Part shown: positions 49,278 through 63,460 of the stretch, piece after piece
Layout of the letters: every line of letters starts with the position of its first letter
Position numbering within the stretch: the first letter of the stretch is position 1
Assembly: GCA_030265395.1 (NCBI GenBank)
Contig: JARFYF010000058.1
Location: 21,498,655 to 21,562,654 of the forward strand
Direction of reading: 5' to 3'
DNA length: 64,000 bases
Source of the DNA: Rhina ancylostomus
Lineage: Eukaryota
The notes under the pieces: model-generated
The model's database searches: none
What the model saw: only the letters and a program-made list of their open reading frames with translations
Told to the model about the DNA's origin: nothing
Translations under genes and position numbers: made by a program

Positions 49278-50010
49278 AGACTAGCCCTTGATCTGTATTT
49301 TGACACTCTAGCAGCAGTATTAAACCACAATATTGGCCATTTAGTGCAATGCTACTCATCTCTCTTGTTTATTGGGTAATCTTTATTGCCTAATGGAAAT
49401 CAGATGGCAAATAACCACAAACAAAAACTGTAGAAATAAAACATGACCTGTAGTTGTTAGCATTTGGTACTTGACAGCAGTATAAATGCAGATGGCTGTA
49501 AAGTGCTTTGAACTGTAATAGAAAGATGGTGTGGCTGGAACTCTATGGATCAGACTAGGTGGATTGAAGGAAAAAATGCTATGAGACTAATTCTGAGAGC
49601 AGAAATTCTTCTTTGATGCTTGAATTAAACACATTCAGCTCTTTTAAATTGTTTGCTAATTTAAGGTGACACATTATGCATGGACTTGTGGTATGGATGT
49701 GTTCTGTGGAGACTGGGTTGATACTAACTAAATTTATCTTTTGGACCACAGTAAGACTGACCATGGAAGTGCTTTTGATCTCATTTCCTTTCTGGATTAG
49801 AATAGAAGTCTTTGAGGTGATGTACTTCCACTCCTCTCTTATAATTTGTGTTTCATTGACTCTCTTTCCTTGATTCCCAGCACCTATAACTAAAACATTT
49901 GGCTTTCTCAAGCCTGGATGCTCTGCCAATCCCAATTGCTTCATCACTTGTATTGGAATTGCAATTGCATTTAAATGATCGGTGATCATTGGACTTCCCC
50001 ATGTTCTCAA

Positions 50011-50207
50011 AAGAGCATTGGAGCAGAAGTAGCTCTCTCAGCTCTTCAAGCCTGCCCTGTATTTCAATATTATCATGGCTGGTCTGCCCCAGGCCTCAAC
50101 TCCTCTTCTGTGCCAGTTCCCTTAATTCCCTGAACTTTCAAAGATTTCTTTACCTCTCTTTTGTTCTTTAAATATCTCCCAATGATCTGGCCTCCACAAC
50201 CCTCCAT
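50011..50207 (-). mobile_element. CR1 3' end
   Basis: GGAGCAGAAGTAG...CAAGCCTGCCCTG...TCATGGCTGGTCTG is the reverse CR1 tail, as at 26858. Confidence 0.78.
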
Positions 50208-51124
50208 ACATTCCTCACTTGCTCTTTTCAGCAGAGCAGTTTATGACGTTGAACTTATCACTTGATGAGTTTCATGGGCCTTGGTCCCCTCTTCTACAAC
50301 AATTAGTTCTGCACAGCGTCATAGGCAGAAGGGCCTGTTGCTGTGCTGTAGTGTTCAATGTACTGCTGATATGTACATCAGCACACTACAAAGGGCACCA
50401 AAACACTTCACCAACCACCTTTCTCCAGCAGTGTTGCAAACAAGGATGAATGGTTCTCACTGTTATTGCACGTTAATGATGAAATCTAGTAACTAACTCT
50501 CAAAATATCTGTATTTAACATGTTATAGCATTGGTAATGAATGACTAGACAAAAATACTCTGTAACTGCTGATACTGTGTTACTGCTGAATTGGGAGATG
50601 TGAAAAATGGTTTCAAAATGGCTGAGGGTTAATTCTGTGATAATGGGTTGCAAGGCTTTATGTGTGAGCAGCTTGTATGTCTCTGTCCAGGTGGGATAAA
50701 CTAATGAAGAGAGATGTGCATAGCCCAGAGCTTCACTGTACCAAAACCCATTTGTTACAGATACAACTGATTTCACAGGCGCTGAGTGAATAAGGATGTT
50801 AAAACTCTGTTGGGTAGAAAATAACCATAATATCCTGGATTTATTAGAGTTTCAGAAATAGCAATAAAAATGTTATAGTTGCCTTGAAGGTGTTCCAGCT
50901 GGGCAAAATGTTGCAGTATTACATTAGCAGGGTACCCCAGGTTGTCTGTAAGGATTGATATACAAACTTTATAATAAAAAGAACAGCAACCTGGTTTTGG
51001 GCTGCATAACAAAAGGCTCAAGCAGTTTTGCCTTTATATTTTCCCAGCCAGGCAGATCATCAGTCCTTGATAGTGAGATGATGCAATGCATGGACAGTTC
51101 CGTATGTACTGCCTGAATTGTCCA

Positions 51125-51890
51125 TGTACATCCTGTTCACAAAGAGTAGGGCAAATCCAATCCAGCTAATTATTGTCCAATCAATCTAGTTTCAATCATC
51201 ATCAAAGTGATGGAAGGTACCATCAGCAGTGCTATCGAGTGGTGTGTACTCAACAATAGACAGCTCACTGATGCCCACTTTGGGTTTCTCCAGGACCATG
51301 GTTCCAGATCTATTACAGCCTTGGTCTCAGGATGAATGAAACAAAAATTTAGAGGTCTGGTGAAAGTGATTGTCCATGACAATAAGACAATCCTTCACTC
51401 CATGTGGCTTCAAGGAGAGCTGGTAAAATCATCAGAGTCTGGCCCCATGTCAGAGTAGTACAAGGGCGGATGATTGTAGTTGTTGGATGTCAATCATTCC
51501 AGTTTCAGGACATATTGCAGGAGTTCCTCAGGGCAGTATTCTATGCCCAGCATCTTCAACTGTTTCATCAATGACTCTTCTCCCACTATAACATCGGAAG
51601 TGGGGATTTTCACTGTGCAATGTTCAGTACTCTCAGCATTCATAACTCATTAGCAAATGAAGCATGTCTGCATACAGCAAGACTAATAAATGGTAGGTAA
51701 GAGTCGTGCCACAAACGTGCCAGTTAATGACCTTCTCTAACAAGGCAGAGTCTCCCCACCTATCCTTGACATTCAATGGATTTGCCATTGTTGAGTCACC
51801 CACGATCAACCTCTTGGGGTCATCAGTCATCATAGATCTGTCATGACTGACTCACTCCTAAGGGCCTAAAACTTTTCCATCATCTTTCCC
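51125..51890 (+). mobile_element. CR1-group (L2/Crack-like) LINE RT fragment
   Basis: KSNPANYCPINLVSIIIKVMEG...LTDAHFGFLQ and QDILQ/GVPQGSILCP.IFNCFIND. Confidence 0.85.
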
Positions 51891-51949
51891 TAATTTAACC
51901 CCACAGATTATTCTGAACTCCCTTTTATGGATCCTTCCAATTTCCTTTC

Positions 51950-52500
51950 CTCCACAGAGTAGTTTGTCCTCATTCTACCTCAGCAATCCTCTATTTTCTG
52001 TCATCCACCCCCTGAACACAACTATCGGTTCCAGCCCACACAACCAGCCCTTCCGATCTCCCACCCTTTACTCAATCTCATCCTTCTCCTCCTGACCCAA
52101 GGATTTGCTCGTATTACCCCCACCACCACTGGTGCTTCTGATCTTTCCTCCATAACCCTTCCAATTTCTAATCACTCCTTTGGCCTTTCCCATCTCCACT
52201 ACCATCCCTCACTTGCTCTGATCACTCTCTGTAACAAATGCTTCCAATCTCCCCCTTCCCAAGCCAATGACTCTTTCCATTCCTCTCCCTGCAGTCCCAC
52301 CTCAGTTTTCTGATCTTCTATTCAGCTCTCACAATCTTATTAGCTCTTCTGGTCTCCGTCTGTAACTCTAACCTCCAATCGCCGCTGCAATGTTATGCAT
52401 CACTGATACTACCAGTCTCCTCCCTGCGTCTCCTCTCCTTCCCTGGTCACAGGTGTAGCAGACCAAAGCTATTCAATCCAGCAGGGCCTGAGGGAAACCT
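51950..52500 (+). mobile_element. Pyrimidine-rich segment, possibly an ancient Penelope linker remnant
   Basis: Strong C/T skew and a weak PLVL...PGHRCSRP resemblance only. Confidence 0.3.
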
Positions 52501-53913
52501 GTCCTTCTGTGTGACCCACCCTCTAAGGAACACTCGTGCCCTTTCCCCATCATGAATTAATTTCCAGCCTGGTACCTTCATGTTGTTTCTCCATTAGCTT
52601 TTGGGTATCATTTTTGATGATTCTCTTCCTATATTAACATCTTAAAAATTCTTCTCTTTACTCCACCTTTTAATATTACATTAGGTATATGCCAAACGCT
52701 ACTGTGTTCATTTTTTAAAATCGGAGTTTCAAATGAAGGGCTCAGCTCTATAGGTCAAATCAACAGGAAGAGATTGAAATAAATCACGCAGTGGTTAAGT
52801 GACCCCAATGAATAGTAAATTAACTGGTGATGTAGGACCTGAGGGCTTATGCCAGCATCTTACACTTGGAGTATTAATATTCTGTGATATTTTTCTAGGA
52901 GGATATTACCAGGTAGCAAACTACACCGTAGACTATATCAAGAATGATGGACTCTGAAAAATAATTATAAGGCAGTGATCTTATCAGTGAGTTTAGATTA
53001 TGTTCGAAACTCTGCGGTTATAATTTGAACCCTAAGGTAAAATTGAAATGCAGTCTGAGTTCCTGTTATATCATTTGACTTTCATAAAGATGGTCTTACT
53101 ATTACCCACAACAGAGGTTAATGATCTTGGAACAATTTTATCAACGGCTGATTGATATTATGAAGAGATACTAGAGTAAAACCCAGGAGATTAAACCTGG
53201 CAGTAGTATCAAAGATGATCTAAAATACAAATGTTCAGAAACATATTTGGAACTCCAAGTGAGTTGGAGAAAAGATCTATCCATGCTGTGCCTGTCCACT
53301 CTGTGACTCATCCAATCAACCACAACACAGAACCAGATGCTGGTATATGCCAACATTATGCAAGCCACAAAAGCACCTATCATTTCACAGTTTACAAAGG
53401 TTCTGCCAGATGGGGAAACAGGAAGGTGTGTCAGTGTCCTCTACCACCATCCCCACACATCCATATTTTCTGGTTAGTTTATCTCCATAAAATCTTTTAT
53501 TGGATGCTCTTCCCACATTATGAATTTCTTCCTAAATTCTGGATGAGAATATAAAGCACTGAATCCTTGGGATTTTGAAAGAACTCCTTTCAAAAGCTGG
53601 AGCCTGGTCGGCAATTGTAATCAGATGTTGAATACTGAGTTGCTGTGTCGAATATCAACTCAATCTGATTAAGGTTCATGGCAAGAAATTAGTGTGTGCA
53701 AACCTGTGTATAACATTCTCAAAGAAGAAACTGTTCAAGGTTAATCTCTGCAGCTGTGTTGTTGTCAAGGTTTATGTCAAAGTTTTGCAAACCAGGAATA
53801 TCACTGACAACTAGCTCAGGGAAATGTCATAAACTTATTTTGAATAAAAAGCAAAAAACGCATCCATCAATTTGGTGATACTTGGCTGTTTTTGTTCATT
53901 TCGCCATTTATTT

Positions 53914-54262
53914 ACACAAGAACATAAATAGGAGAGGAAGTAGACCACTTGGCCCCTCAAGACTGTTTCGCTCTTCAACAGATCATGGATGATCTTCTAC
54001 CTCAGGCATTATTTTCCTGACCCCATATCCCTTGACTCCTTTAATATCCAGAAATCCATAGATCTTTGTTTGGGAATGCAAGCAGTTTCCACAAGTTTAA
54101 GAATTCTAAATTCACCATCCTCTTGAGTGAAAAAATTCCCCTTAGTCCTAAACAGCCTAATACATTGGGACCGTGACTCCTAGTTCTAGTCACCTCACCT
54201 CCGGGAACCAATCTTTGTGTATCTGCACTGCTAACCTTTTAAGAATTATGTACATTTCAGTC
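53914..54262 (-). mobile_element. CR1 3' end
   Basis: CACAAGAACATAAATAGGAGAGGAAGTAGACCACTTGGCCCCTCAAG is the reverse CR1 tail. Confidence 0.8.
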
Positions 54263-54691
54263 CAGTCCAGCAAAAACAAACATTCTTTATTTGGTGAGGG
54301 CACACTGTGAGTATACAGGGCTTGTGCCTTTGTGATGTAATTAGTTAATGCCAACAAGTTATGGGTGATCTGGAGGCTTTGTGAAGACCTTACCTGTTAT
54401 TCTTTATTTTTATTACTATCCTGGAGTAGAAAGTTAAGCTTCACTTTGTTTGGAATATGTCCTACCATATGAACACTGACAAATTAACTTTCCTGGAATA
54501 CAAAGTAAATACATTGATCCTGATCTTCAATGTTTTGCTGGATCTGAATTCCCACAGCCCATCCTCCAAACCTTGGGCATGTCTGCCAGGAGTGCGGAAT
54601 CAATGAATTGACCTTGCTCCTTTTTGTATAATATTACTCAGATATAAACTGCAATGGAAATGGCAGTGTCAATGAACTCAAGTAAATGTAT

Positions 54692-55001
54692 AACAGCACC
54701 TCCTCACCTGGGTTTAACGCTGACCTCAGATGCAGTTTATGTGGAGTTTGCATGTCCTTTCTGTGACTGCATGGGTTTCCTCAGCACCTTTAGGTTTCCT
54801 CTCATGTCTCAAAGGTGTGTAGGTTGGTAGGTTAATTGGCCACTGCAAGTTGCCCCGAGTGTGTAGCTGACTGGTGGAATTTGGGACAAGTTGAGGAGAT
54901 TGCAGGGAGAATAAAATGAAATTGGTGTTAATGGTGTTTGATGTCCTGCATGGAATTATTTAGCTGAAGGGCCTGTTTCTGTGCTGTGTGACTTTATGAT
55001 T
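54692..55001 (+). mobile_element. HE1-type V-SINE with HER1/CR1 tail
   Basis: V domain GTGGAGTTTGCATGTCC...GACTGCATGGGTTTCC; tail GCTGAAGGGCCTGTTTCTGTGCTGTGTGAC. Confidence 0.9.
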
Positions 55002-56074
55002 TTCATTCCAACCAACTTTCTAGTAAATAATTGGGAAAGAATCTACCAATTACAATTTCTGTTGAATATATATTTCTTGTTTTATTATCTTTTTCTAAAG
55101 GTATGAGAAGAGTGAAATTTGACTCCATTTATAGCCTTTGATCCTACAGTCAGTCATTTTACTCGAGGTAGGTGCAAACACTTTCTAGGACTGAAACTGC
55201 CAAGTCCCCAACCTATCAGTAGATGCTTTCAAGGGATGGAATTTGATAGAGGGTAAAATCTTCTGAATGTCCAGATCCCCATGAGTGGGGGAAGATCACA
55301 GGAAGAGTTTAGCACTTTAAAAATAAGCAGCACACTATCCTTGATTTGATAGCAAACCTTTGGAAAGCTCTGCTGTATCTTGAGACCACATCTGTAAAGA
55401 ATATGTGAACAATGGAATTTTTAAAAATTGAGGACAGAGACCAATTCAGTTTCCTCTAAGGATTAAAATAAAGACAAAGGAATAAAAATCATGACACGAA
55501 ATTTGTCTGTTTTGAAATTCTTTTGCCCTTCCTTTTAACAGCCTGTTGCCTCACAAAGGGTTTTACTTAAATATTGGACTGAAGAATTTCATGTGAACAC
55601 ATTAATTTGTTGCTTATACAACACAGTGGGACTTCAGTCCTATAATGTATGCAGAAGTCCTTCAGTGCACAGCTGTCAGCATTAGGAAAGGTGCTGAAAC
55701 ATGAACAGCAATGTAACCCTAATCCGACTGGTGTCACACATCATTCCATCAATCTTAATAGAAGACACTTAGAGCTGTAAAGGCAGAAAATAGATCAGTG
55801 CTTACCAAATCCTTGGTGGTGTATTATTTTACAGAGATTTTGCTATTTTTAATTAACAGTTCTAATTGTCAGCTTCAATAAGCATGTGTAAGATCTGTGT
55901 TTTTAATAGAGAGCAGGCAATCACTGTCACCCTGATTCTACTATTGGAACTGTGAGTTTAAGCCAACATTTGCTCAGGGACAGATTATTTCTTAGAAATT
56001 TTTGTAAATAGACATGAAAAGTTGAAGGAACTGGCAAAAGTGGGAGATTTTTGTTTTAATTGTACAGCATAGGT

Positions 56075-56250
56075 TCATAAAATTTACATAATAGATAAAA
56101 GGCCATTTGGCCTATCAGCTCTGTCCTAGCATTTATGTTCCACATTAGCCTCCTCTAACTCCTCTTACCATCCTTCAACTTATCCTATCTTTCTAATCCT
56201 CCTTTGAAGAGATGACTAGTTTCCCCTTAAAGGTACATGTTACTCATTAT
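56075..56250 (-). mobile_element. Degenerate CR1/HER1 3' tail
   Basis: AAAGGCCATTTGGCCTATC...CTAGTTTCCCCTTAAA. Confidence 0.5.
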
Positions 56251-57146
56251 AACCATTCTTGCAGCTAATAAATTAATATGAATTAAATAAATGATCTGGT
56301 GAATAAAAATCTATTCATGAACGTAGTGGTGATTTTTGGAACTTGCTTTTGGTGACTTGGAGAAGCAGTTTCTTTCACTTTTTCAAAGCCTTTGTGTCAG
56401 TAGCATTTGTGATATTGTGCTCAGTTTCATTGACAAATATTTAACAGAAACCTATTTATTCCAAATAGCCCAGAGCCAGATAATTAATATGAACATGTGG
56501 GTTCCTGCTGCAGATCAATTTCACATTGATTTCATCAAGATTTAATATCTAACTAAAGAACTGAGATTTCATTTCATTGCAAAAAAATTGCACCTCACAA
56601 ATTGTTTTTATAAATTAAGGTGACTTGTTCATCTAAATCATCTTTGTTTTTTGAATATGGATCTTTTATTCCCTGCCAGTGAAATGCAAGAGAATGAACA
56701 TTACCTAGTCACTGGTTTCAAGAAGATATTAGCAAATGGTTCTTCACCAATCTTCTGCCCACCAGAAGCTGGGAAGAGTGAAGAAGTGAAATGTAACCAA
56801 GTGAAAATAACTTTCAAAATCAGAGTCAACACGTTTAATTCTTAGGTCCCTGGGGCATTCCAAGAAGAGGCTAATAAAACAGAAAATGCTGGGAATCCTC
56901 AATAGGTCAGGCAACCTCTGTCAATGACTGTACATCAGAATGGCTGTTTAAGCTTTCATCACTCACAATATAAATCAAAAATGTACACTAACATTAGAGG
57001 GATGAAGCTGATGAGATATTAACAATAGCATTCTTCCTTTTATGTGACATTACTTAACATATCAAAAGATTAATTTTAAATAAAACATTTTGAACGTAAG
57101 TAGTGCCATTTTGTGAGTAACATCAGTGAATTTACTTCCAGGTGAT

Positions 57147-57328
57147 AGAGTCATGGAGTCAGATTTCATAGTGCCAAAAAGCATCAAACTGGGACCTTCA
57201 ACCCACCAAATCTACACTGTCCATCAATGCTAATCCCACTTTATTCTCCCCACATTCCCATCAACTGCCCCCAGATTGCCACCAACACATTCGAGGCAAT
57301 GTATATTGGCCAATTAACCTATTAGCCA
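57147..57328 (-). mobile_element. HE1-type SINE 3' half
   Basis: TTTATTCTCCCCACATTCCCATCAAC...GGCCAATTAACCTA is the reverse complement of the region seen at 54826-54915. Confidence 0.8.
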
Positions 57329-58619
57329 TGGCAAGAGGAAGAATAACCACAGATCTAAAGTACAGACTTGTAGTGATGGGTTACAATTTACATTTTATTA
57401 CCCGAAGTAAATGAATGGGGTAGATTTTCCACTGGTCTGAGCTGGATGGCCATTTGTAACATTATGTATTTCTTTCTGATCTTGTTTTCTCCTCTTGTTT
57501 TATTGGAGCTGAGCTTTTGCCAGATCTGCCCTGATCAGCAAGGGCTCATCCCTGAGATACTTGTGCTGTGGTGTTTGACTCCTCAAGGATCCCACCAGCC
57601 TGGGCTCAACTTCTGCAGATTCCCTTGCTCTCAGGCTCGGATATGAGCTAAACAGAAGCTGTAAGGCATTTTTAATAATAATTTTAGTTGCTGGAATTGG
57701 GCAAAAGAAATCAGTTAAATATGAATAGAATGAATAAGATTAAGTAATTTCTAAGTAGAAAATAGGAAAGCTATTCTTCTATTAGAAATGCATGTTCAGT
57801 ATAGACTCTCCACAAGGATATACAGTAAATATAATTGTAAACCTCAATATTTTTTTATTAGAGAAGGGATCATCTCCAGACCTCCACCTTACAAAGTAAA
57901 ATATCGTGTGTTCAGCACTTGTAAACTTGCAATATATTGATGAGTCAAGAGTATACCTATGATATAATATCAAGTCCAAGGCATCTTTAGAGTAATTGCT
58001 TGTTTTCAATTGTTGTATGCTTCTATCTAGACTTGGTTTGAAGCTGCCTGCTCTGGCCTCTGTCAACTTTTTTGGAAGCTGCTAGCTCTTTCGATTTTTC
58101 TATGTTGGCATTTTAAAAGGGTTACCAGTTATGAGCAGATGTTTCCTCGAGATTTCTGTTATTTGGAACATTCTTAAAATCTTATTTAGCATTGTATGCA
58201 GTTGTAATCATCATAAATGAGGGATTACAATATTGATCAGCAGTTGAACATAGCCTCAATATGCCAAAGACCAGATGAAACGTAAAGCATTTTTAAATTG
58301 GGTAATGATGAATGTCAGGTTTTTGCAAAAGAAACACTGAAATATTTGCTGATTACACACAGGAATCTTTCCATTGCAAGATAGGAACACATGCTAGCAA
58401 TTGTTAAGCAACCTAATTGTTAGATATCCTAATCCCAGATTTATATGCTAGTTATCCTGGAGAATTAAATGTTAAAAATCAAATATCTTTATATCTTGGA
58501 TCAATAACTTTTCCAATATAGAGGATGGTGTGCCTAAAGAAAATATGGGTTAGCTTCTCCTGCAAATGTCCAAGTAAAATATCTAAACAAAAGGCAACAA
58601 AGAATGACTACAAGGTTAA

Positions 58620-60035
58620 TAAGAATACAAAGCTAGCTAGAGACATAAAAACAGATAGGAAGAATATCTATACATACTTGAAAAAGAAAAGAATTAACAA
58701 ATTCCTGTACAAAGTGAATGTTGGGAATTCATAGTAGAAAATAAGGAGATGGCAGATGAATTGGACCCGTAGTTTGCATCAGTCTTTCACTATAGAGGAT
58801 AATGTAACATCCCTGAAAGAGCCGTAAATTGGGAATTGGGGGCAAGGAAGGAACTCGGGAAAATTCTAATTACCAGTGAGAGGAACTGAATAAATGTTTG
58901 TAATCTGTGGGTTGACCAGCCTTCAGGTCATGGACTTCATCCTTGGATCTGAGAGAAATAATATGTTGGTTTTAATATTTAAAAAGTCCTGTTATTTGGA
59001 AATGTTTCAATTAGATTGGAAAATAGTGCATATGAATTCTATATTCAAAACGAGGAGACAAAAAGGAAACTACAGTCCAGTTAACTTAACATTTGTCTTT
59101 GGGAAAATTTTAGAAGCTATTATAAAGATGTTATGGCAGGGCACTTCAAAAAATTCAAGGTAATCAGGAAAAGTCAACATTGTTTTTTAAATAAAAAAAT
59201 CATGTTGACCAATATATTGAAGGTTTTTGAAGAAATAAAATATGTGATGTTATTTTCTAGATAATGTGGAGCTGGTGGATGCACTGTATTTAGCTTTCTG
59301 GAGGGCATTTGATAAGGTACCACATCAAAGCTTATTGTGAAAAGTAAAAGTTCATGGCGTAGGAGGTAATGTGTTGGTGTGGGTAGAAGATTAGCTGGCT
59401 AAAAGGAAGAGATAGTAAGCATGAATAAATCCTTTTCTGGTTGGCAAGGTGTAACACAAGATGTGCCAGTAGGATTGGTGCTGGGGTCTCAACCTGAGAT
59501 ATAAAGGAATATCGAGAGGTTAAATAAAGGGGTAAACATCTATCAAATGAATTGTAATGTGGGAAAATGTAAAATTGCAAATNNNNNNNNNNNNNNNNNN
59601 NNNNNNNNNNNNNNNNNNNNNNNNNNNNNNNNNNNNNNNNNNNNNNNNNNNNNNNNNNNNNNNNNNNNNNNNNNNNNNNNNNATTGCAAATTCTGAGTTG
59701 CAGAGAGCTCTGGATGTCCTTGTGCATGATTCACAATGCACAGCAAGTAAATGGGAAACAATGTTATTTATTGCCAGGAGAATTGAATTCAGAACTGGTT
59801 TATGCTTCAGTTACATAGGAGATTGGTGAAACCAAATCTAGACCACTGTGTACAGTATTGGTCTCCTTATTTAAGGAACAATGTAAATGTATTAGAGGCA
59901 GTTCTAAGGAGGTTTATTAGATTTATACCTAGTATGGGAAGGTTGTATTACCAGAAGTTGGACAGGGGACTGAGGGAGACTTCACAGAAACATACACGAT
60001 CTTGAGGGGTCACAACAGTTTGAATGTTCAGAGAA
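58620..60035 (+). mobile_element. CR1 ORF2 fragment; the catalytic INDL/FADD region appears deleted
   Basis: KLARDIKTDRKNIYTYLKKKR, DWKIVHMNSIFK..KGNYSPVNLT, AFWRAFDKVPHQ, VPVGLVLGSQ and LVKPNLDHCVQYWSPYLR. Confidence 0.92.
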
Positions 60036-60096
60036 TTGGTCAATTGTTGTTTTTTGTTGCCAAGTTAGCATAGTTCTCCATAATAAAATAAAAGCC

Positions 60097-60580
60097 CAGA
60101 GCAGGAAGAAGCCAATCAGTCCCTTGGGCTTCGCTATTAAATAAGATCATGTGTAACCTCTTATGTCAATGCCACTTTCCTGCACCAACCCCATAACTTT
60201 CAGTTTTCTTTCTATCCAAAAATCTACTATTCTCTTTCTTGAATATACACAATGACCAAAGATTCACAGTTGCCAGGACTGGATAATCCCACATTCCAAG
60301 AATCTATTGGTAAACCTTTGCTGCACTTCCCTTTGCAAGTTTATCCTTCCTTAGGCAAGGAGACTAGACCTGTATAGAATATTCTCACTGCAGTCCCACT
60401 GTGGCCTTGTATAGCTGCAGTAAAAAGTCTTTACTCTGGTACTCACATCTTCCTTACAGTATAGACCAGAGCCTTATTTGTCTTCCTAATCATTCTTGCA
60501 TGTTAACTTTAAGTGATTTATGTACAAACACATTCAGGTTCTTCTCAATACCAACACTTATCAATCTCGGTATTTAAAGA
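60097..60580 (-). mobile_element. CR1 3' fragment, tail-to-tail with the previous copy
   Basis: Reverse strand LLQLYKATVGLQ*EYSIQV*SPCLRKD; reverse CR1 tail at 60097-60160. Confidence 0.8.
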
Positions 60581-63460
60581 AGATTGAACTATCTCTGCTA
60601 TTAATTCATATGAGTGTAACATAAGAGAAATGTGTTTGCATGCAAATAAATGACAAACATTCACATGAAGGGATCTAATAACTTTCCTACAGGTAAATAA
60701 CAGTTAACAAAAGAAAGAAGGTTGACTTACATTCCGTGATTTATGAATTAGTTCAAGGAATCGTATTTGGAAAAAATGTAGTTTTGAAGTGAATAGTCAT
60801 GAATGTATACCTGAATGGACTGTTTCAAAGGGTTTAGGAACAGATGCATCATGTTTTTATCTGTCATATTTTTATCTATATAAATGAGCATGGTTTTCCA
60901 TACTGGAGGGCTCAACAGAAAGAAACTGAAAAAGTCACTCAGTGTCTAGTTCATCCATATCCAATCACCTGTACTAAATATTAATAAAGTCTCTGTCGGA
61001 TTCTCTGTCACCAAGTGCTTTGTTCTCAATTGAAACACATTGTTCTGAGCCGTAGAAGGAAGACAGTTGACTGACACTTGAGTTTTAAGAGCAATGAGGT
61101 TGAAATTCCTCTCTGTTCTATTCTTAGCACACTAGTTAATATGTTCATATCAGATTCTGTGGCACAGGGGAATTTCAACCCCAAACTCCTTTCAGCAGCA
61201 AAAATGCCAGAGGGATTTACGGCTGGCTTGATTTAGCTTATTGAATTGGTGAAAGATTTTTACAAGAATCTCATTGAGCAGTCTTGTTGATTATATTCTG
61301 ATTTTCTATTGAAAAGGCCACTGCAGAGCTGATGGCCTTTACTTGTGAACTGTAATTATACAGAGATCTCCAACTTCTTGGTGACTGACATCAATTTATG
61401 TTCTAGTTAAATGATAGCTGACATCTCAGCATTTCATTGGGTCTCCGAATCTCCCTTTCCTGATATATTTTATTCTATTAGCAGTTACAAAGATATCAAA
61501 ATTTTTGCACAGCTACGCAATTAAAAATGTGTGTCAAAGTAAACTGATCTAATCAAAGTGCAGGCTGGCTGGTGTTTTTTATACCAGACCCCATGCATGT
61601 CAGGTGAAAATTTGGGTCAATGCCCACAACATTGCTATTCAATACATTATCACAAATACTCCAAATCAATTACAGTTCCAGTTAAAATATACAGTTTATT
61701 GTGAATATCTAAACTTCTCTTCGCTGCATGAGAAATGGATATTGATTGGGCTAAGATTTAGAGCTCATTAAGATTTGCTGAGCAGACCTTTGTTAGAACT
61801 AATAAAATCTATCTTCAGTAACCTTCTGTGAGACCAACTTTAGGTAGATTCCACAGAACAATTCACTGTTTTCCCATTCATTGTGCAATGGTATTAATCT
61901 CCTCTTTGTTCATTTTAACAGCAATAAATTGAAATGTTGCTACTCTGTAATTACTGCTTGTTGGATTTCCTCAGTATAGTTATTTCACTAATTTTCTGGT
62001 GCCGAAATCAATCAGATTTCGCTCAGAAAAATGCTCAGTTCATGCCGCTTAATTGGTTTAAAAGTCATTCAATCAGTTGTATATAAGTCATTGCCCTTAA
62101 TCCAGCTCTTGAGAGCAAGCAACTGGCCAAGGTCTGATTCTGAAATAAGGTTGTGGAATCTGTGTCTTGATTTCACCACTAGTAAAGTGATTGAGCATTA
62201 TTTCATCCTTTGGTCTTGCTAAACAAACTGTAGCAAAAGCATGAAAGTTTCATGACAAGATTTATAAACTAAGTTAAGGCTATTACATAGTATTAATCAA
62301 CAACATAGATGTATTGCTTTTTTAAAATTCTGTTGTGAAAATGGAAAAGGTACTAATAAGTAGATTCTAACAGAATGAAAACAATCAGTGAATATTCTTT
62401 TGAAATATCTATGTTGAACTTTTTACTGTCACTGATAAACATCATGACAGCTGCGTTTGTGGATCTAAATAACAGCCTAGCACTGGAAGATGCAATTCAT
62501 TTTCATCATATTAATGATTACAGTTAATTGTTCCCCATTTCAATAGGAATGTCATGAAGGGAAAGGAATGTGGTTGAGTAATCATGATTGCTTTGCTCTT
62601 ACGTGGGGTTATGTTGACTAGTAAATTAATTGCATATGGAAACATATGTCGTATTGTGAGATCCAGCCTGTTTCTTTCAGTGCAGTTTGCATGGGGTTTC
62701 CATGTACAAAGACTTGGGCACTTAAGAGGCACCAATCTGGATCTTTTCATCTTTGTTCATTTTAACCATGAGTACTTCCAGGAGTCATTTTCAACTGAAT
62801 GTGACTTTTTGCTGATTCCCATCACGCAAGACCTCTTAAAAGGATAAGTGCTGTCCTCATTCAGGGCTGGAAGTCATTGAACTGCTTGAGGAAACACCAA
62901 AGAGTTGGAGAGCAGCATGGACCCAGGAGAAAGAGACTTATTTCACTGGATATCTTAGGATATCTGCCTATTTGATAATTATCCTAAGAAAGGTTGAGCA
63001 AGCTCAGCGGCCAGGAAGTCCCTCAAGATGAGATGAAAAGGCAATGGTGTGGTTCCTAACGGTGTCAGTGGTAGGAGTTCATGCACCAATAACCAGCCCA
63101 AGTAACTGCTCCCACTTTCTTTGGCTTGGCCTCAGTTTCTGTTACAGCACATGCAAAAGCCAACAAATCTTGGGCAATGGATCATCCTGGAAAGAACCTT
63201 CCTTCACTTCCTCTTTCTGTCTCCTCTCTGATGCAGTCTTTGCCTTTGGCCATGTGCAAGAGGTTGTGACATCTAATATCATCTCATGGCAACACAGTTG
63301 TAAACATCAAGCAGTTTTGGGTGAAAGGGTATTGTCAAAATGGATGATGACTACATTGCAGGCTTATGACTAGCCCAGAATAAAATATGACTCCCCATGA
63401 ACCTACAGAACTTGTCGAGGAGTACTTAAAGGAAGAAAATCATCTGGTTGGAGCATAACC

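Noticed and set aside
59574-59691. ATTGCAAAT repeated either side of a 100-N gap
   Set aside because: Most likely contig overlap at a placeholder gap, not a TSD.
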